IMG/VR virus record: IMGVR_UViG_3300050202_000021
Coordinates: 1-42,667 of that record
DNA from: a virus
DNA length: 42,667 nucleotides
Reading direction: 5' to 3' (one strand)
The position numbers and the translations under genes are program-made. The notes under the pieces are model-generated. The model worked only from the letters and a program-made list of their open reading frames with translations. It ran no database searches and was not told the DNA's origin. Below are positions 13,380-21,777 of the stretch, in pieces (position 1 is the first letter of the stretch; the number at the start of each line of letters is the position of its first letter).

Positions 13380-13667
13380 ATGAAAAAACTCCCCGCCCTC
13401 ACCAAACCCCGCAAGCCCCCAACCCGGCACCGGGACAAGAAACCCGCCACCTCACCCAAAGCACCAATCCGCAGCCAGAACCTGCTCGACCATTCATTCG
13501 ATCCCGAAACGGGACAGCTAACTGTCACTTTCGCCGGGGGCCGACGCTATCGCTACGCTGGTATCGACGCCGACTTATTCGCGAATTTCGAAGGTGCAGA
13601 CAGCAAAAGCAAATTCCTGTCCCGCTCGATCATTGGTAAATTCGACTGCAACAAAATTGACGATTGA
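13380..13667 (+). CDS. KTSC-domain protein with basic N-terminal tail
   Basis: 95 aa. LLDHSFDPETGQLTVTFAGGRRYRYAGIDADLFANFEGADSKSKFLSRSI fits the KTSC domain pattern. Confidence 0.65.
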   Translation: MKKLPALTKPRKPPTRHRDKKPATSPKAPIRSQNLLDHSFDPETGQLTVTFAGGRRYRYAGIDADLFANFEGADSKSKFLSRSIIGKFDCNKIDD

Positions 13668-13719
13668 CGGCTAGCGCGTGGCCTATAAAAGTTTACCCGG
13701 TTTTAACGGAGAAAATACC

Positions 13720-14058
13720 ATGTCCGACCCAAAAATTAACCCGGCCCCGATCGAATTCGAGCCTGAACAATTGAACGTCGATCCGATCCTGCGCTTCTTC
13801 CACTACACCCATCTGCCGATGGCGCTTCGGGCGGTCTCCGAACCCTTCTGCGCCCTCGCCGACAGGATCGTGCGCAGCCTTCCTCGCAACGCCGAACGCA
13901 CCGTGGCGCTACGCAAACTGCTCGAAGCCAAGGACGCCGCTGTGCGCGCCAATATCGGCCCGGCTTTGTGGGAACAGAAAAAGCCCGACGACCAGGGCAT
14001 CATCGAAACCCGCACGACCGGCGGCGGATCGGACGAAACCCCGGTGCCCTTCAAGTAG
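13720..14058 (+). CDS. Small helical protein resembling the Acb2/Tad1-hairpin family (tentative)
   Basis: ATG at 13720 with GGAG upstream. FFHYTHLPMALRAVSEPFCALADRIVRSLPRNAERTVALRKLLEAKDAAVRA matches the widespread phage helical-hairpin pattern. Confidence 0.45.
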   Translation: MSDPKINPAPIEFEPEQLNVDPILRFFHYTHLPMALRAVSEPFCALADRIVRSLPRNAERTVALRKLLEAKDAAVRANIGPALWEQKKPDDQGIIETRTTGGGSDETPVPFK

Positions 14059-14125
14059 CGGGAACCATCCTGCGCAACCCGGCGTTTTGCGCCTTAGCGG
14101 CGTTGGGCTGCGCAGGAGATTTACG

Positions 14126-14368
14126 ATGAGCGACAAATCCACAAAAACCGCCGGCGGCACGCGTGGCGTCGATAACGCCGATCCCGCCGTCAGCAATTCA
14201 GGTCTTGACGTCCAGGGACAATTCCGCATCGGCGACCGCATCACCCTCGGCGTGCGCGGCGAAGGGTTGGTGCTCACGCAGAGCCATTCCGGGCGCGAGG
14301 TCGAAGTGACGCAAGCCGAATTGTCCGGCCTTCTCGACAACGAATATTTCGTGGACAAGCGCGGCTGA
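14126..14368 (+). CDS. Hypothetical protein (80 aa)
   Basis: ATG at 14126 with AGGAG upstream. Confidence 0.55.
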   Translation: MSDKSTKTAGGTRGVDNADPAVSNSGLDVQGQFRIGDRITLGVRGEGLVLTQSHSGREVEVTQAELSGLLDNEYFVDKRG

Positions 14369-14424
14369 TCCCGATATCCACGGGCCAGACGCATTCGATT
14401 CCTCTCCTGTGCGTCAAACTTTAC

Positions 14425-14458
14425 GGCTCCCGGCAAACCCCCGCCGGGAGCCTTTTTT
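14425..14458 (+). terminator. Rho-independent terminator
   Basis: GGCTCCCGGC aaaccccc GCCGGGAGCC followed by TTTTTT. Confidence 0.85.
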
Positions 14459-14518
14459 ATGTCTTGCTTTCCGAAACAAACCGTGTCACCACCATGCACG
14501 GCCAGATGGAGACAGCCG

Positions 14519-14611
14519 ATGAGCAAGCGCGCAGTGATCGAATGGACTATCGCTCTCGCGTCGCCGTGGGTGCTTCTCACTTTTGTGATTTGGAAATTCT
14601 ATTATGCTTGA
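14519..14611 (+). CDS. Small hydrophobic peptide (30 aa)
   Basis: ATG with GGAG 7 nt upstream (MSKRAVIEWTIALASPWVLLTFVIWKFYYA). It overlaps the next start by 8 nt. Confidence 0.4.
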   Translation: MSKRAVIEWTIALASPWVLLTFVIWKFYYA

Positions 14612-14819
14612 ACATATCCACGGCATTTCGCAGCGCATCGCCGCCTTGAAAGTGAAGCTGAAAGCGCGCGAGGGCAAAACCGAATTTCAGGAAAATTGCG
14701 AAGCGATCCGGGCCGAAATCGAACGGTTGGAAGGTGCGACCAAGCGCCGCGAGGTTCTGGAAGAATTCGTAGCGGGCGAAACGCTGGCATCGAGCGAAGA
14801 TCAGGAACCGAGAGCATGA
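14604..14819 (+). CDS. Hypothetical coiled-coil protein
   Basis: 71-aa ORF with an ATGA overlap to the next gene. Confidence 0.55.
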   Translation: MLEHIHGISQRIAALKVKLKAREGKTEFQENCEAIRAEIERLEGATKRREVLEEFVAGETLASSEDQEPRA

Positions 14820-15121
14820 CAGCGGGATATTCCCCTACAATCGAATTCCTGCGCCGGTTGAAAAAGATCGACGCGGAAGATTTGCGGACGCGCGACATTC
14901 TCGTGCTATGGGCTATCAGTCGCCAGGGCGGTATGATGGGCTTAGAGCTTTCGCGCCAGCTTGGTTATCCGTCGCGCTCGCACGTTCAAATCTGTATCGA
15001 GCGGCTTATCCGCCACGGCTTCATCGAAGATCGCCGCAAGGTGGTCAATCAGCTTACGCCGAACGACCTCTACATTTTGCCGGCCGGGATCAAGTTTCTG
15101 GCAGAGGTTGTGCCCGCATGA
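14816..15121 (+). CDS. MarR-like winged-helix regulator
   Basis: 101 aa from the ATGA overlap. ILVLWAISRQGGMMGLELSRQLGYPSRSHVQICIERLIRHGFIEDRR. Confidence 0.6.
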   Translation: MTAGYSPTIEFLRRLKKIDAEDLRTRDILVLWAISRQGGMMGLELSRQLGYPSRSHVQICIERLIRHGFIEDRRKVVNQLTPNDLYILPAGIKFLAEVVPA

Positions 15122-15143
15122 CAACCAGCGGGGGGCAACGGAT

Positions 15144-15888
15144 ATGAAACAATTGAGCGGTATGCGCCCTGCGTCAAAAGCAATGGGAGACGATTTGACG
15201 CGCACGCGTTTTGTGAAAACTGAAAAACGCCATCAGGGGCACAAAACTGCGTTGATGCCACAGGATGCCACGGGAACACGTTTTACGGGTCGAATTCTGC
15301 AACCCGACGCAAATATTCTCGTGTCCGGCTTCAACAATATAAAAATTGGCAAAATCGTGCGTAAGGGCCGGCTGCGCGGATATCATATTTTCACGCTGTC
15401 GCTTGAAGAACGGAAAACCTGTCCGACCTCGTGCCAGCATTGGCAGACGTGCTATGGTAATAACATGCCGTTTGCTAAAAGGGTCGATCATACACACCCC
15501 GATTTTCTGTCGTTGCTTGAAGCGTCGATCGCTAAGCTCTGCGCGACGGCGAAAAAGCGAGGGTCGGGCATTCTTGTGCGACTGCACGCGCTCGGGGATT
15601 TTTTTCAGTACGCACTACGTCAATTTCTGGTGCACGATGCTGGCGAAATTTCCGAACCTGTCGATTTACGGCTATACCGCGCGACAGTCAGGAACCGCGA
15701 TCGGCTACCAGGTCAACGAAATGAACGTGATGTTTCCGCGCCGCTCCATGATCCGATTTTCGGACGGTAAGGGTAAACGCATGAACACCGCATCGATCGG
15801 CTCGGTGGCGTCGAAGCCTAGCTATGCCTTTGTCTGCCCGGAACAAACCGGCCAGACGCTCGGCTGTGACACCTGCGCGCTGTGTTAG
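15144..15888 (+). pseudogene. GP88-family protein gene interrupted by a +1 frame change in a T7 run
   Basis: One frame reads ...KTCPTSCQHWQTCYGNN...ILVRLHALGDFF. The family continues in the +1 frame as STHYVNFWCTMLAKFPNLSIYGYTAR...GCDTCALC. The switch point is the T7 run at 15599..15605. Confidence 0.65.
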
Positions 15889-15934
15889 GGCACCGAAAAA
15901 ACCGTGGCTTTTCTCGAACACTAAAGGCGCAAAA

Positions 15935-16228
15935 ATGTCTGAAGATAACATCACCAACCTGAACGCGGCACGGTTCAAGCGCGCGGACGAGCCCTCGAAA
16001 GTCCAGCCACGCGCCGCGCTCGACGCGACGATTGAATGGCTCAACGATCCGAACACTCCGCAACCGTCGCACATCATCGTGCTGATAGGCAGCGACGTTT
16101 TCGACGAGGGATGCGAAGGCGCGTCTTCGACCCTCTTTTTCCAGGCCGGCACCTATCGCCATCATGGGCAAATGGGGCTATGCCTTGAAGCCATGCACAT
16201 GATCCGGGAAAGCGGCTACAGTGGGTGA
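15935..16228 (+). CDS. Hypothetical protein (97 aa)
   Basis: ATG at 15935 (MSEDNITNLNAARFKR...). Confidence 0.55.
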   Translation: MSEDNITNLNAARFKRADEPSKVQPRAALDATIEWLNDPNTPQPSHIIVLIGSDVFDEGCEGASSTLFFQAGTYRHHGQMGLCLEAMHMIRESGYSG

Positions 16229-16553
16229 AGAATTGACGACCAGGACCGATATGCAGCAGCCGCCGCGCGACCTCGCGCGCCTGCCGATGATTAGCGCCGA
16301 ACAATATCAGCATATCGGGCGCTTCAGCGGCGCGCTCGTGCTGTCCTGCTTCGAACAAATCGGCGGTTTGCCGCGCATGGCGGCGTGGGCCGATCAGAAT
16401 CCAACGGATTTTTTTACCAAGCTGTTTCCGAAAATGATTTCCCGCTCGCAGCAAGTGGACGTGTCGGGCACGCTGACTATCGACGACGCAATCACGCGGC
16501 TGGAACGCATGGAAGACGCAGATTTCGACGAGGTGCCGACTTATGACCTATGA
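16221..16553 (+). CDS. Hypothetical protein
   Basis: 110-aa ORF (alternative ATG at 16251). Ends VPTYDL. Confidence 0.55.
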   Translation: MGEELTTRTDMQQPPRDLARLPMISAEQYQHIGRFSGALVLSCFEQIGGLPRMAAWADQNPTDFFTKLFPKMISRSQQVDVSGTLTIDDAITRLERMEDADFDEVPTYDL

Positions 16554-16719
16554 TCGTAAATTTGGGCAGGCTGAAGGCTTGCGCGAACGGCTCGTCATGT
16601 GGGCCGATCGGCTCGGCAAAGACAAATCCTTTCCGTGGATGGGCACCGGCTTGATCGACGACCTGCGCGCGGCAGCGGGCCAGCCGAAAAAATCTGAAAT
16701 TGTGGAGTTTGACCTGTGA
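16543..16719 (+). CDS. Small hypothetical protein (58 aa)
   Basis: ATG at 16543 (MTYDRKFGQAEGLRERLVMWADRLGKDKSFPWMGTGLIDDLRAAAGQPKKSEIVEFDL). Its stop is in a GTGA overlap with the next gene. It is below the ORF-track cutoff. Confidence 0.5.
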   Translation: MTYDRKFGQAEGLRERLVMWADRLGKDKSFPWMGTGLIDDLRAAAGQPKKSEIVEFDL

Positions 16720-16952
16720 CTGAACAAACCGACGCAAAAATCAAAAAAGGTTTGCCGCCCAAACGCAATCGCGTCTGCTACCAGACTTTGCAGGATATCG
16801 TTATCCCGGCTGGCACGATCCTGCGCGAATTCACCAAGCCCGGCCATGTCGAATTGCCGATCGCTTTGGGTAAGGATTTTACCGGCGATTTTGTCGTCCA
16901 GGTGCACGCCGATGCGGTGGCGTCGGGCTATTTCAAGCCGGTGGTCGCGTGA
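16716..16952 (+). CDS. Hypothetical protein
   Basis: 78 aa with GTGA overlaps at both ends. Confidence 0.55.
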   Translation: MTEQTDAKIKKGLPPKRNRVCYQTLQDIVIPAGTILREFTKPGHVELPIALGKDFTGDFVVQVHADAVASGYFKPVVA

Positions 16953-17257
16953 GCACGGCGCGCAACCGCAAAGAGGGTGCCAAGCGGCTCGGGATCGCCC
17001 TACACCAGCGTTACGAGCGCCTTGTGACGGCCAGCGGCGAGGATGCTATTGTCGTGGCGACGACGGACCTTGCGCAGTGCATGTATGAGAATGTCGAATT
17101 CATCATTTGGCTCTTGAAGGATTTTGGCGGGCTTGAACCGCCACTGCCCGATCCGCTGAAGCCGAACGCCACGATCATGCCGCACCCGCAGCCTGTCCCC
17201 ACCATGCCGGCAATTTTCAGCGCAGGTAGCGACACCGATTTGTTTCGGAAGAAATAA
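16949..17257 (+). CDS. Hypothetical protein (occupies the small-terminase position)
   Basis: 102-aa ORF directly upstream of the HNH-terL pair. There is no motif support for a function. Confidence 0.5.
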   Translation: MSTARNRKEGAKRLGIALHQRYERLVTASGEDAIVVATTDLAQCMYENVEFIIWLLKDFGGLEPPLPDPLKPNATIMPHPQPVPTMPAIFSAGSDTDLFRKK

Positions 17258-17259
17258 GC

Positions 17260-17784
17260 GTGCGGCGTTGGAAAAATTCTTCGGCTGCGACAAAAACCAC
17301 CTATCATTCATGGGCGGCAATGAAGCGGCGATGCCAAAATCCGGCGGACAAGGATTTTGCAAACTATGGCGGGCGCGGAATTACGGTTTGTGAGCGCTGG
17401 CGCGACGATTACGACGCTTTTTATAGCGATATGGGGCCGCGCCCTGCCGGAATGACTTTGGAGCGTATCGATGGCGACGGAAATTACGATCCTTTTAATT
17501 GTGCATGGGCAACCCGCATCGAGCAAGCGAATAATAGGCGGATCAACCGCCGCAGCGGAAACGAAACAGCTTCGCAAATAGCGCGACGTGTAGGCCGAAC
17601 ACGCCAATCGATCCTGTATAGGTTAAATAACGGATTACCGGTAGATTCATCTGCTAGGTTTCAAAAAATAGAAGCGGAGCACGGCACGGTTAGCAGGTAT
17701 TCAAGCGCGAAACATAAGTGTAGGTGTCAAAGCTGCACGGAAGCGTGGCGCGTTTATAATCAAGCAAAAAGGAATGCAAGGTAA
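17260..17784 (+). CDS. HNH-type homing endonuclease (free-standing)
   Basis: 174 aa. [27 protein letters not shown]...[28 protein letters not shown]. Same family as 3517..4245. Confidence 0.75.
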   Translation: MRRWKNSSAATKTTYHSWAAMKRRCQNPADKDFANYGGRGITVCERWRDDYDAFYSDMGPRPAGMTLERIDGDGNYDPFNCAWATRIEQANNRRINRRSGNETASQIARRVGRTRQSILYRLNNGLPVDSSARFQKIEAEHGTVSRYSSAKHKCRCQSCTEAWRVYNQAKRNAR

Positions 17785-18128
17785 TGGACCTGCAAAAAAT
17801 TGCACTGAATTATGGAATGTCGATCGACGAGGTGCGCGAGCGCTGGTTGACGCTGCGCGTGGCGTTGTGGAAATCGGATTTTAAGCGTTTCTGCAAAGAG
17901 GCAATCAGGATTAGAACGAAGGAAGGCGACCTAGCGCCGCTCGAATTGAACGACGCGCAGGATATTTTGCACGCTGCTGCTGAAGAACAATTAGCCGAAG
18001 AAAAATGGGTGCGGCTGGCGGGGCTCAAAGGGCGGCGTCAAGGTTTCAGCACCATGGTAGCGGCGCGCGGTTATTGGCGTGCAACACTTTGGGACCGCCA
18101 AATATATATATTTTGTCGCACGAAATGA
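17784..18128 (+). CDS. terL: Terminase large subunit, N-terminal fragment (Walker A region)
   Basis: 114-aa ORF. ..LAGLKGRRQGFSTMVAARGYW... It stops 7 codons after an A3(AT)5 tract. Confidence 0.7.
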   Translation: MDLQKIALNYGMSIDEVRERWLTLRVALWKSDFKRFCKEAIRIRTKEGDLAPLELNDAQDILHAAAEEQLAEEKWVRLAGLKGRRQGFSTMVAARGYWRATLWDRQIYIFCRTK

Positions 18129-19561
18129 CTGCATCGACCAAATTGTTCGATATGGTCGATTTGATGCAGCAGAAGCATCCTTTTCCGCCCAAGGTCGGTG
18201 CCGACAACGCAAAGGAATTGGAATTTCCCAAGCGTGGATCGACATATACCGTGGCGACCGCCGGGCAAAAGGCTGGTGGACGCGGCGGCGGCATTTCGTT
18301 TTTCCACGGATCAGAGGTTGCTTGGTGGACCAACGCCGCCGATCACTTTTCAGCGTCGGTGCAGGCGGTGGACGAGGTGCGCGGGGTTTGGGGCGTCCTG
18401 TGGACCGAACCAGCAAACCCGCTGCCTTTTGAAAAAAGCAAAGGCGCGATCGAGGGGTGGGTGAAGCCGCCGTCCGAAATTTGGCTTGAAACGACGTCTG
18501 CGGGGCCAGTAGGCGAATTCCACAACCGTTATAAAGACGCGATGAAGAAAATCGGGCGGTATCGCGCAGCATTCGTGCCGTGGACGGTGCAGGCCGAATA
18601 TGTCGATAATTCCGGCGATTTTGTCGCGTCGCAGGAGTCCGACGAAGAAGGCGAGCTTTCCGAAGCTGAATATCAAGAGCTTTACAAGCTCACCGACGCG
18701 CAAATGCTCTGGCGACGTTCGAAAATTCACGAGCTAGGCACGCTCGGGAAATTTCGGCAGGAATACCCTATCGATGTAGTCGAAGCGTTTGCAGCGGCGG
18801 ATATCGAGGGGGTTTTCATCAAGCCCGCCTATGTGCTGAAGGCGCGCAAGCGCGTGCTCGATATTCCCGACGCTCCGCTGATTATCGGCGTCGATCCGGC
18901 TGGCAGCGGCGGCGATCGATTTGCGGTCGCCTTTCGCCGGGGCGACAGCATTTTCAAAGTGGTGCACCGTAATAAACTGGAACAGGCTGAAGCGGTAGCG
19001 TGGCTTTCGCAGATTATCGACGAGTGGGAGCCGAACCGCATGTGCATTGATCGCGGCTCGATGGGCCAGGCGATCATCGCGACATTGCGCAGCCTGAACA
19101 AAAAATATTCCGACGTCGTAAAAGGTATCGATTTCGGCGGCACTTCCAAAGCCAAGCTCGCTAATCCCAAGCGCGCAGGTCCATGGAATATTCGCGCTGA
19201 AATTTATGGCAAGCTGCTCGATTTTCTTATCGAGGGCGGCTCGATCCCCGATGACGACGACCTCGCCAGCGATATGAGCGGACCGAAGATAAAATATCGT
19301 GCGAACAATGATTGGCTGCTCGAAAGCAAAACCGACATGAAGGCGCGAGGGTTGCGGTCAAGTGATCTTTCCGACGCCTGCGCATTAACCTTTGCAGTCA
19401 CCGAATTTTTTGATACGTGGTCGAAGCCCAAGCCTGCAACAGGGTTCGGCACCGGGGCTCCTGCCATGATCGGACACAACGGGGGGCCGGCGCTGATCGA
19501 CCATACGGATTTCGGGCAGCATTTTGACGTCGGCGGCGGCGCGAATTCATGGATGGGCTAG
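18125..19561 (+). CDS. terL: Terminase large subunit, remainder (ATPase Walker B plus nuclease domain), in the -1 frame
   Basis: The frame is open from 18005. ..NIYILSHEMTASTKLF..ISFFHGSEVAWW..IIGVDPAGSGGDRFA.. The first ATG at 18125 forms an ATGA with the stop of the N-terminal fragment. Confidence 0.8.
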   Translation: MTASTKLFDMVDLMQQKHPFPPKVGADNAKELEFPKRGSTYTVATAGQKAGGRGGGISFFHGSEVAWWTNAADHFSASVQAVDEVRGVWGVLWTEPANPLPFEKSKGAIEGWVKPPSEIWLETTSAGPVGEFHNRYKDAMKKIGRYRAAFVPWTVQAEYVDNSGDFVASQESDEEGELSEAEYQELYKLTDAQMLWRRSKIHELGTLGKFRQEYPIDVVEAFAAADIEGVFIKPAYVLKARKRVLDIPDAPLIIGVDPAGSGGDRFAVAFRRGDSIFKVVHRNKLEQAEAVAWLSQIIDEWEPNRMCIDRGSMGQAIIATLRSLNKKYSDVVKGIDFGGTSKAKLANPKRAGPWNIRAEIYGKLLDFLIEGGSIPDDDDLASDMSGPKIKYRANNDWLLESKTDMKARGLRSSDLSDACALTFAVTEFFDTWSKPKPATGFGTGAPAMIGHNGGPALIDHTDFGQHFDVGGGANSWMG

Positions 19562-19572
19562 GGAGATAGACA

Positions 19573-21777
19573 ATGGCAGGTTTGAGAGACGCAATCGCCG
19601 CCGACGTCGGCCCGGCACCGACTAAAGTCACCCGCACGCCTACGGGGTTCGGCAGTATCGACGAATTTCTGAATGACATGCGCCAGAAATACGAATGGGG
19701 CTATTCGTTCAACGAGCACAATATTATTGCCGGCAAGGAAGACGCAAAATTTGCGGTGGGCAATCAATGGGACCCTGTGGTCAAGCAGCGACGCGAGGAT
19801 GCGAAAAAACCTGCACTGACATTTAACCGGCTGATCGCCTTTGTTGCGCAGATCGTCGGTAATCGTCTTATGAATGAGACGGAAATTCGGGTGCACCCCG
19901 ACAAGGCCGGGACCAAGGAAATTGCGCTGGTGCGCGAAGGTATTATCCGCAACATTTTCAAAAACGGTGGCGCGGATTTTGCCCGCGACGAAGCGCACAA
20001 ATACCAGGTTGTCGGCGGGCAAGGTGCATATTGCCTTGCGATGGAATACACGTCGGACGACGTTTTCGAGCAAGAAATCAAGCTGCAAGCCGTCACCGAT
20101 CCTTATTCGGCCGTGTTCGATCCGCTCGGGATCGAGCCGTCCGGCAAGGATTGCCAGTGGGCTTTCGTCGGCGACGACATTCCGCAGCAGGAATTCAAAA
20201 ACCGCTACCCGTGGGCGGCTGAAACGTCCTTCATGGATGAACGTAACTGGAACCAATCGGGCTTTTGGCTTCAGGACGATACCGTGCGGATCGTCAGTTT
20301 CTGGCGCATGGTCACGGAAGGTTCGCGGACGCTTGCGCTCTATCGCGATGGCACGGTGCACGACGTCACCGAAATGGAAGAATACGAGTATCTTCAGCTT
20401 GTCGAGGTGCGCTCGGACGGCTCGCCCTACGTGCGCGACGTGCCCAAGCGCTTTGCCAGGCTCTACATTTGCTCGGGCAACGCAATTCTTGAAGGCCCGT
20501 ATGATTATCCGGTTTCGTCGCTGCCGGTTTATCGCGTGCCCGGATGGGAATTGAACGATGGCGAGCGCGTGCATCGGTGGGGACTGATCCGCTTTTTGAA
20601 AGACCCCCAACGCTTGCACAATTACTGGCGTTCGACTGTTGCAGAACAGCTTATCGCCGCACCGCGCAATAAGTGGCTGACGACGCCGGAGTCCGTCAAA
20701 GGCCATGAAGTAAAATGGCGGCGCGCGCCGACGAGCGACGATCCGTTTTTGTATTACAATGATGGCGAGCAACCGCCGATCCATGTTCCGCCGCCCGGTA
20801 TTGACGCGGCGCTGGTCAACGAAGCAGGACTCGCGACGCAGGATTTGAAGGATATCTCGAATATCCACGAAGCTGCGCTCGGGATGCCGTCGAACGAAGT
20901 TTCGAAGGTCGCGATCCAGCAGCGCCAGGTAACGAGCGACGTGGGCACGTTCATTTATACCGATCGGTTGCGGATCGCAGACACGCGGTGCGCCGGCAAT
21001 ATCAACGAGTTAATCCCCTATATTTACGACACGCAGCGCACCGTTACCGTGATTGGTCGCGACGACAAGGCGACGCTCGCGATAATCAACGATCCGACAA
21101 ATCCGAATTCCGACGTCACGATGGGCAAATATGCCGTGTCTGTCAGCGTCGGTCCTGCGTCCGAAACCAAGCGCGGGCTCGCGGCCGAACAAATGATGGC
21201 GTTCGTGAATGCCGCGCCGCAAATTGCGGGCAATGTCATGGACCTCGTGGCCGAAGCGCAAGATTGGCCGAAATCGACCGAATTTGCGCGCCGCTTCAAG
21301 ATGCTGTTGCCGCCCGGCATGATCCCGGCCGACGAAATGACGCCGGAAATGCAGCAAGCGCAGCAGCAGAACCAGCAGATGCAGGAAATGCAGCAGCAGG
21401 TTGCGCAGGCGCAGGCGCAGGCCAAAATCGCGCTCGATCAGGCCAAGGCGTCCGATGCGGAAGCGCGCGGCAAATTGGCGTTGGCGCAAGCCTACAAGGC
21501 GGTTTCCGACGCACAGGCGCGGATGATGGACGTCGAAGCAAAGGGCGAAGAAAGGGATTTCAACCAAGTCCTGAAAACGCTCGATCAGCACAACGATATG
21601 CTGAAAGACGATCGCGAATTTGACCTGAACCAGAGCAAGCAGGAGCACGATCAGGAAAGCGCAGTCGTCAATTATTTGACGAACGCGGATCGTGACGAGC
21701 GCGATTTCTCGCTGCGGTCTCAACAGAGCGCAGCGGCACAAGAACCAACCACTGAAGAAAATGGAGAACAAGAATGA
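19573..21777 (+). CDS. Portal protein (P22 gp1-like, with long Q-rich C-terminal helix)
   Basis: 734 aa. AKFAVGNQWDPVVKQRREDAKKPALTFNRL.. The C-terminal MQQAQQQNQQMQEMQQQVAQAQAQAK coiled segment resembles the P22 portal barrel. It lies directly after terL. Confidence 0.8.
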   Translation: MAGLRDAIAADVGPAPTKVTRTPTGFGSIDEFLNDMRQKYEWGYSFNEHNIIAGKEDAKFAVGNQWDPVVKQRREDAKKPALTFNRLIAFVAQIVGNRLMNETEIRVHPDKAGTKEIALVREGIIRNIFKNGGADFARDEAHKYQVVGGQGAYCLAMEYTSDDVFEQEIKLQAVTDPYSAVFDPLGIEPSGKDCQWAFVGDDIPQQEFKNRYPWAAETSFMDERNWNQSGFWLQDDTVRIVSFWRMVTEGSRTLALYRDGTVHDVTEMEEYEYLQLVEVRSDGSPYVRDVPKRFARLYICSGNAILEGPYDYPVSSLPVYRVPGWELNDGERVHRWGLIRFLKDPQRLHNYWRSTVAEQLIAAPRNKWLTTPESVKGHEVKWRRAPTSDDPFLYYNDGEQPPIHVPPPGIDAALVNEAGLATQDLKDISNIHEAALGMPSNEVSKVAIQQRQVTSDVGTFIYTDRLRIADTRCAGNINELIPYIYDTQRTVTVIGRDDKATLAIINDPTNPNSDVTMGKYAVSVSVGPASETKRGLAAEQMMAFVNAAPQIAGNVMDLVAEAQDWPKSTEFARRFKMLLPPGMIPADEMTPEMQQAQQQNQQMQEMQQQVAQAQAQAKIALDQAKASDAEARGKLALAQAYKAVSDAQARMMDVEAKGEERDFNQVLKTLDQHNDMLKDDREFDLNQSKQEHDQESAVVNYLTNADRDERDFSLRSQQSAAAQEPTTEENGEQE

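Noticed and set aside
13156-13639. ORFs 13156..13383 and 13232..13639 in the spacer before the KTSC gene
   Set aside because: Neither has a ribosome-binding site. Their composition is Pro/Gly/Arg-rich, and the second overlaps the KTSC gene out of frame. The ATGA overlap of 13156..13383 with the KTSC start keeps a small doubt open.
18005-18128. Programmed -1 ribosomal frameshift in terL
   Set aside because: There is no X XXY YYZ heptamer or obvious downstream stimulatory structure in the overlap window. An indel or a split gene are better explanations.
19558-20868. 436-aa minus-strand ORF, and similar long antisense or alternative-frame ORFs (for example 21010..21771, 21720..22517, 22587..23366, 24840..25847, 33513..34415, 35460..36089)
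   Set aside because: They overlap genes with clear family signatures (portal, scaffold, coat, ejection proteins). They are Arg/Ala/Gly-rich with no motifs, typical of open alternative frames in GC-rich DNA.
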